Below, piece by piece: positions 59,726 through 64,000 of a stretch of DNA of 64,000 bases (position 1 is the first letter of the stretch; each line of letters starts with the position of its first letter). The notes below the pieces were generated by a model. It ran no database searches. It was not told the origin of the DNA and saw only the letters and a list, made by a program, of their open reading frames with translations. Both the position numbers and the translations under genes were made by a program. Where the stretch lies: contig JBEKDF010000003.1 of assembly GCA_050014495.1 (NCBI GenBank), forward strand, positions 1 through 64,000. The letters are read 5' to 3'. The DNA is from Candidatus Bathyarchaeia archaeon. GTDB taxonomy: Archaea > Thermoproteota > Bathyarchaeia > TCS64.

Positions 59726-60714
59726 TGGTGAAGGTATACCACGATAAAGACATAGATGACAAGGTTCTGAAGGGGAAGACCGTGGCCGTAATCGGCTACG
59801 GTAGCCAGGGTAGGGCTCAGGCCCTCAACATGAAGGATAGCGGAGTTAATGTCGTAGTGGGTCTCCGCCCCGGAGGGAAGAGTTGGAAGCAGGCCCTAGC
59901 AGATGGCGTTAAGGTGACGACGGTCCTCGAGGCCGCACAGCAGGGGGATATAGTCCTCATGCTTGTCCCCGATATGGCGCAGCCCACAGTGTGGAAGGAA
60001 GAGGTCGCCCTAGCTATGAAGAAGGGGAAAACCCTCCAGTTCGCCCATGGATTCAACATACTGTACGGCGCTATCAAACCGCCTAAAGACGTCGACGTAA
60101 TAATGGTGGCCCCAAAGAGCCCCGGTGCAGAGCTCAGACGCCAATACGAGGCCGGCTTCGGCGTTCCATCACTTGTAAGCGTCCACCAGGATGCTTCTGG
60201 AAAGGCGTTACAGACAGCACTCGCCCTCGCGAAGTCGCTGGGCAGCGGAAAAGCAGGGGTCCTAGAGAGCACCTTCAAGGACGAAACTGAGGAGGACTTA
60301 TTTGGAGAGCAGGCTGTCCTCTGTGGTGGGGCTGACCAGCTGATCCGTAGGGGATTTAAGGTCCTCATTGATGCGGGTTATCCGCCAGAGCTAGCTTACT
60401 TCGAGGTCTGCAACGAGTTGAAGCTAATCGTTGACCTCATCTACAAGTCGGGGATAGGTGGGATGTACCGCGCTGTAAGCGACACAGCGAAGTGGGGTGG
60501 CCTCACTGTCGGCCCCGTTATCGTCGACGACCGCGTCGAGGAAAACATGAGGAAGGTGCTCAAGGACGTGCAGAGTGGTAAGTTTGCGAAGGACTGGATT
60601 GCCGAGTACAAAGATGGCTCGAAGCACTTTAAGGTCCTCATGGACGAAGTCGACGCACTGGAAATTGAGAAGGTCGGTAAGCAGATCAGGAAGATGAGTG
60701 GTCTCGAGAAGTAG
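59725..60714 (+). CDS. ilvC: Ketol-acid reductoisomerase
   Basis: GYGSQGRAQALN, FAHGFNI, DLFGEQAVLCGG, ELKLIVDL. Confidence 0.97.
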   Translation: MVKVYHDKDIDDKVLKGKTVAVIGYGSQGRAQALNMKDSGVNVVVGLRPGGKSWKQALADGVKVTTVLEAAQQGDIVLMLVPDMAQPTVWKEEVALAMKKGKTLQFAHGFNILYGAIKPPKDVDVIMVAPKSPGAELRRQYEAGFGVPSLVSVHQDASGKALQTALALAKSLGSGKAGVLESTFKDETEEDLFGEQAVLCGGADQLIRRGFKVLIDAGYPPELAYFEVCNELKLIVDLIYKSGIGGMYRAVSDTAKWGGLTVGPVIVDDRVEENMRKVLKDVQSGKFAKDWIAEYKDGSKHFKVLMDEVDALEIEKVGKQIRKMSGLEK

Positions 60715-60823
60715 TCCCCTCTTTAGCCGTCTCGTTTTCTTACCCACAGCGATTCTTATGAAGTAATTTTTCTTCACCTTTACTAGGTATCAGTTATATT
60801 CGGCTTGGACTTTTGGTGTATTC

Positions 60824-61471
60824 ATGCCAGAGAGGGGCCTCCACGCCGAGTTGAAGGAGTGGCTAAGGGAGCCTGGGGACCTCGTCGAGGGGACGGTCTG
60901 GGGCTACAGGGCGGACATAATCCGGGGGGACCTTCTCATCGAGATCCAGACTGGGAACTTCCCTCAGATCAGGGCGAAGCTGGTAAAGCTGCTGAAGGGG
61001 TACAGGGTCAGACTCGTGCATCCAGTCCCCGAGAGGCGGTGGGTCATTAGGGAGGTGGACGGGAAGAGGCAGCGCCGGATCTCCCCCCGTATCGGGCGGG
61101 TCGAGGAAGTCTTCAACGAGCTCATCTATTGCCCCACGCTGCCTCTGGACCCGAACTTCTCTCTTGAGGTGCTGCTCGTCCACGCCGATGAGGCGCAGTC
61201 GGTCAGGTGGAGGGGAAAGAGAAGGACTCGGTACACAGTGAAGGAGAGGCACCTCGTGAAGGTTGTCAGTAGCACCGTCTTCGAGAAGCCTGAGGCCTAC
61301 TTGAAGCTGATACCCGACATGCATGGCGCGTTCACAGCCCGCCAGCTGAGCAAGGCCACGGGGCTGAGGATCACACTAGCTCGTCGGATGGTCTACTGCC
61401 TCGCCAAGATGGGGATGTTGGAAGAGGTGGGGATTGTGGCACGCGCTAAGCTCTATCGGGTGAAAGCTTAG
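60824..61471 (+). CDS. Hypothetical PD-(D/E)XK-like protein with a C-terminal HTH
   Basis: LHAELK, ADI...LIEIQT, C-terminal FTARQL...ARRMVYCL. Confidence 0.65.
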   Translation: MPERGLHAELKEWLREPGDLVEGTVWGYRADIIRGDLLIEIQTGNFPQIRAKLVKLLKGYRVRLVHPVPERRWVIREVDGKRQRRISPRIGRVEEVFNELIYCPTLPLDPNFSLEVLLVHADEAQSVRWRGKRRTRYTVKERHLVKVVSSTVFEKPEAYLKLIPDMHGAFTARQLSKATGLRITLARRMVYCLAKMGMLEEVGIVARAKLYRVKA

Positions 61472-61840
61472 CGAGGGATACTTAATGAGTCAGTGTGCGT
61501 CTCGTATGGGCCCGAGTGCGTGAGGTAAGTTTTAACCTACGCGCTTAGATTCTAATCAAGCATAATGGTACCATTAATTTTGTTATTTATTTGATATTCA
61601 TACAGGAGAAGCCACAGGAGCCAGTACCTCCTAAAATCAATTCCTGACTTTGTAGGTAGGTTGGAGAGTGATGTTGCTGACAGGGAGTTCCTGCAAAGCA
61701 AGGGGGTGACCCTGCATGACTTTGGCACTGATGGTGAACTACGGTGATGATGACTCTGCTGATGAGTCTGGCATCAATTGAGATGTTGCAGAATGTGTAC
61801 CGTCACCACAGGCTAGTACTGTAGTAGCTAACCACACTTT

Positions 61841-62200
61841 GTCAGGTACACCCATCGACAGTCATCGACACCCATCAGCAGTCACCCACAGCCACCCACC
61901 AGCAACACCCATTGCAGAGCCATCAACAAAGCCATCGACACCCATTGCAGAGTCATCGACAGCCATTGCAGAGCCATCGACAGTCACTGAAAGCCAGCGA
62001 AAGAAGCCAACAAAGAGGTCAAAGGAAGAGCCACCCGCAGTCATCGACAGTCATGGACAGTCATCGACACCCACCAGCAACAGTCAAAGAAGAGTCACCA
62101 GAGGAATAACAGACTGTCAAGGAAAGTCAGCAGAAGAAGTCATCAATAGTCACCGACAAGTCACCGAAGAAGTCAAAGGAAGACCCAGCGTCACCCATCG
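61841..62200 (+). repeat. Degenerate tandem array of about 30 units of 10-12 bp, consensus (G/C)YCATCGACA
   Basis: GTCATCGACA at 61861, 61952, 62040, 62060; GCCATCGACA at 61931, 61973; CCCATCGACA at 61851; many variants. Confidence 0.85.
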
Positions 62201-62762
62201 TCGCGCACGCACCAAGAGAGCAAACACCTGTCACCATCAGTGTGGTCGCTACGAATCTATCAATAAAATGGTACCAATCATAAAATCTGACTTCATGAAA
62301 CAAGCACACCAAAACTCACCACGCTTGTCGAAACGATAAGGATCATAAAGGCAAATAACCCGAAGAAGAATGGTACCATTGTCTGAGAGGAGGCGCTGCT
62401 TGTACCAGTCAGAGATCCCGAAGGTGATCCTGGGACTAAGGCTTCGATTGTTGGAGTTGATCATTATTAAGGAGGAGGCTGAGAAGGCCTGAATCGCGTA
62501 TAGGTTGTCTCACATGCCTACTCGGGGATAAACCCGGTCGGCTCAAATACTCTGATTTCAACTGGGACGCCTTATCTTACTTTCTCGACGAGGGCGAGGA
62601 CCACATCAACCATCGGTTGTACAATATGGCATACAGACCGCAAGCAAAAGTAAATCAAGAATGAAAAACTAAAAGTACCCGAATGACACTCATTTTTTTG
62701 GTCTTGAATTATTAACCTATAATTAAGCTGGTTTAATTAGACATCTTAGCATTTCTAGTTAT

Positions 62763-63485
62763 GTGGGCAACATTTTATCGTCAGTCGACTGGGGCTCCTG
62801 TCCGCTTAGCCTCCTCAAAAGTGTGAAGGAACTCAAGCCGAATAATCCAGCAATAATCCACATTAGACATACCGAGCGACCCGGCCTATCTGGGCCAAAT
62901 AGCAACAAGCTTCTGAGCACATCGAGGGGGAAAGATGCAGCCATCGAGTTTGGCGAACGCCTATCCGATGATAGGAGCTACCGCGTCTACCATACCATCG
63001 TTGATAGGTCGAAGCAGTCAGCGGAATCGATCGTCGAAGGAATAAGGAGGAGTGGAAACAAGGCAGAGATCAGTGGGGTGTTTCCCTTCCGAACATCCTA
63101 CGACCCTAAAGCTATGGACAATTATATAGACAAAGTCTTCAAAAAATGTGGAGACGAGGATTTAGCGGTTGCGGAGATGATGAACCGCTGGCTCGCAGGC
63201 TTAGCTCCTCTGGAGATATTCCGGCCCTCCAGTGAGTTCGCTAGGATGGTAGCTGAGTATACTTTGCTCCGCCTAAAAACAGCTGAGCCAGATAACATCG
63301 ATCTCTACGTCACCCACGACACATGGGTCGGAGCCACACTCTTCCACTGGTTCGGCTTACCAATTCCCCTCGATGGGATTAGGTTCCTCGATGGATTCAT
63401 ACTCCAACCCCTCGATGAGGAGATGGCGGTTTGGTTCAGGGCAAAGGCTTTGAGGATAGAGTACCCGCATTGGTGGGGTGGGTAA
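62763..63485 (+). CDS. Histidine phosphatase superfamily protein
   Basis: IRHTER, L.S.G...A, RSKQSA, YVTHD. Confidence 0.8.
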   Translation: MGNILSSVDWGSCPLSLLKSVKELKPNNPAIIHIRHTERPGLSGPNSNKLLSTSRGKDAAIEFGERLSDDRSYRVYHTIVDRSKQSAESIVEGIRRSGNKAEISGVFPFRTSYDPKAMDNYIDKVFKKCGDEDLAVAEMMNRWLAGLAPLEIFRPSSEFARMVAEYTLLRLKTAEPDNIDLYVTHDTWVGATLFHWFGLPIPLDGIRFLDGFILQPLDEEMAVWFRAKALRIEYPHWWGG

Positions 63486-64000
63486 ATAGCTGTTTACTTA
63501 TCTCCTCGACGTCAGCGGGTGGATATCCAGAGTAGTACTTGCTGAAGTAGGCGTAGACATCACGCCCTGACTCGAGGTATCTCTTCGCCTTATTGGCCCA
63601 TTCAGCTGTCTCTATCCCCCTTTCCACCTCGACAATCCCCCTCTGTCCATTCACGGCTTTTCTGTCTCCTTCGAGGCGAATATAAGCGAAGCTGGCGGTC
63701 TCGACATTTGCAGCGTCCGACCTGTTTGTCAACGCGAGGGCGACGCCATGGTCTCTGAGTAACTTGTAGGTCTCCTCGGTGAACCAGCGCTTATTCCTGA
63801 ACTCGGCGGCGATGAGCCTCTTCTTAGGGATCTTCTCCAACAGGTCGTTGAGGGCAGTGTGAGTGGGCTTTAGGAATGGTGGAAACTGGAGGAGCATTGG
63901 CCCCAACTTCGCCCCGAGAATATCTATGTGACTGAGGAAGACCTCAAGCTTCCCCGAGTCGTAGACGAGGCCGGGGACATGGGTCACTGTCTGTGGGAAC
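63436..64000 (-). CDS. DUF72 domain protein (5' end outside the window)
   Basis: KLGPMLLQFPP, AEFRNKRW, YIRLEG, YAYF. Confidence 0.88.
   Translation of the reverse strand, partial: FPQTVTHVPGLVYDSGKLEVFLSHIDILGAKLGPMLLQFPPFLKPTHTALNDLLEKIPKKRLIAAEFRNKRWFTEETYKLLRDHGVALALTNRSDAANVETASFAYIRLEGDRKAVNGQRGIVEVERGIETAEWANKAKRYLESGRDVYAYFSKYYSGYPPADVEEISKQLFTHPTNAGTLSSKPLP

Noticed and set aside
61841..62200. CRISPR array
   Set aside because: Units are short, abutting and degenerate, with no unique spacers and no cas genes.
61839..62339. 166-aa S/P/T-rich ORF as a real protein
   Set aside because: It arises from repeats of mostly 10-11 bp that shift the peptide pattern between frames, and several frames are open, so it is treated as non-coding repeat DNA.
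250..63987. Numerous antisense and overlapping ORFs in the track (for example 7872-8582, 9349-10143, 57473-58033)
   Set aside because: They are shadow frames of well-supported genes.

Overview
Archaeal chromosomal segment, TACK-like and probably Bathyarchaeia (inferred from rpl13e, rpl18e, Rpo3, TFB, Taw1, pantoate kinase and gene style). Housekeeping genes: taw1, tRNA-Gly(TCC), a 2-oxoacid:ferredoxin oxidoreductase operon, S13-S4-S11-rpoD-L18e, tRNA-Lys(CTT), L13-S9-L13e about 32 kb further on, gcvPA/PB, two ilvBN operons, ilvC, thrC and pantoate kinase. Accessory DNA: two integrase-less elements (about 10.4 kb and 3.7 kb) stacked in tandem at the tRNA-Lys 3' end with shared att arms, and an AT-rich remnant holding a tyrosine-recombinase C-terminal fragment and a frameshifted MTase-Mrr gene. 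The three strongest unexplained signals are: (1) a conserved multi-part leader before both divergent ilvB paralogs (tandem ATGGGG-motif uORFs 45 nt apart, an intervening hairpin, and a CCGAnnCTACGATTT loop near the RBS); (2) the tRNA-Lys tandem att array; (3) a roughly 0.8 kb non-genic locus at 61.56-62.38 kb with about 30 helically spaced 10-12 bp repeats, a polarity switch and three AATGGTACCATT-type palindromes. All product calls come from recognising motifs by eye; no database search was run.
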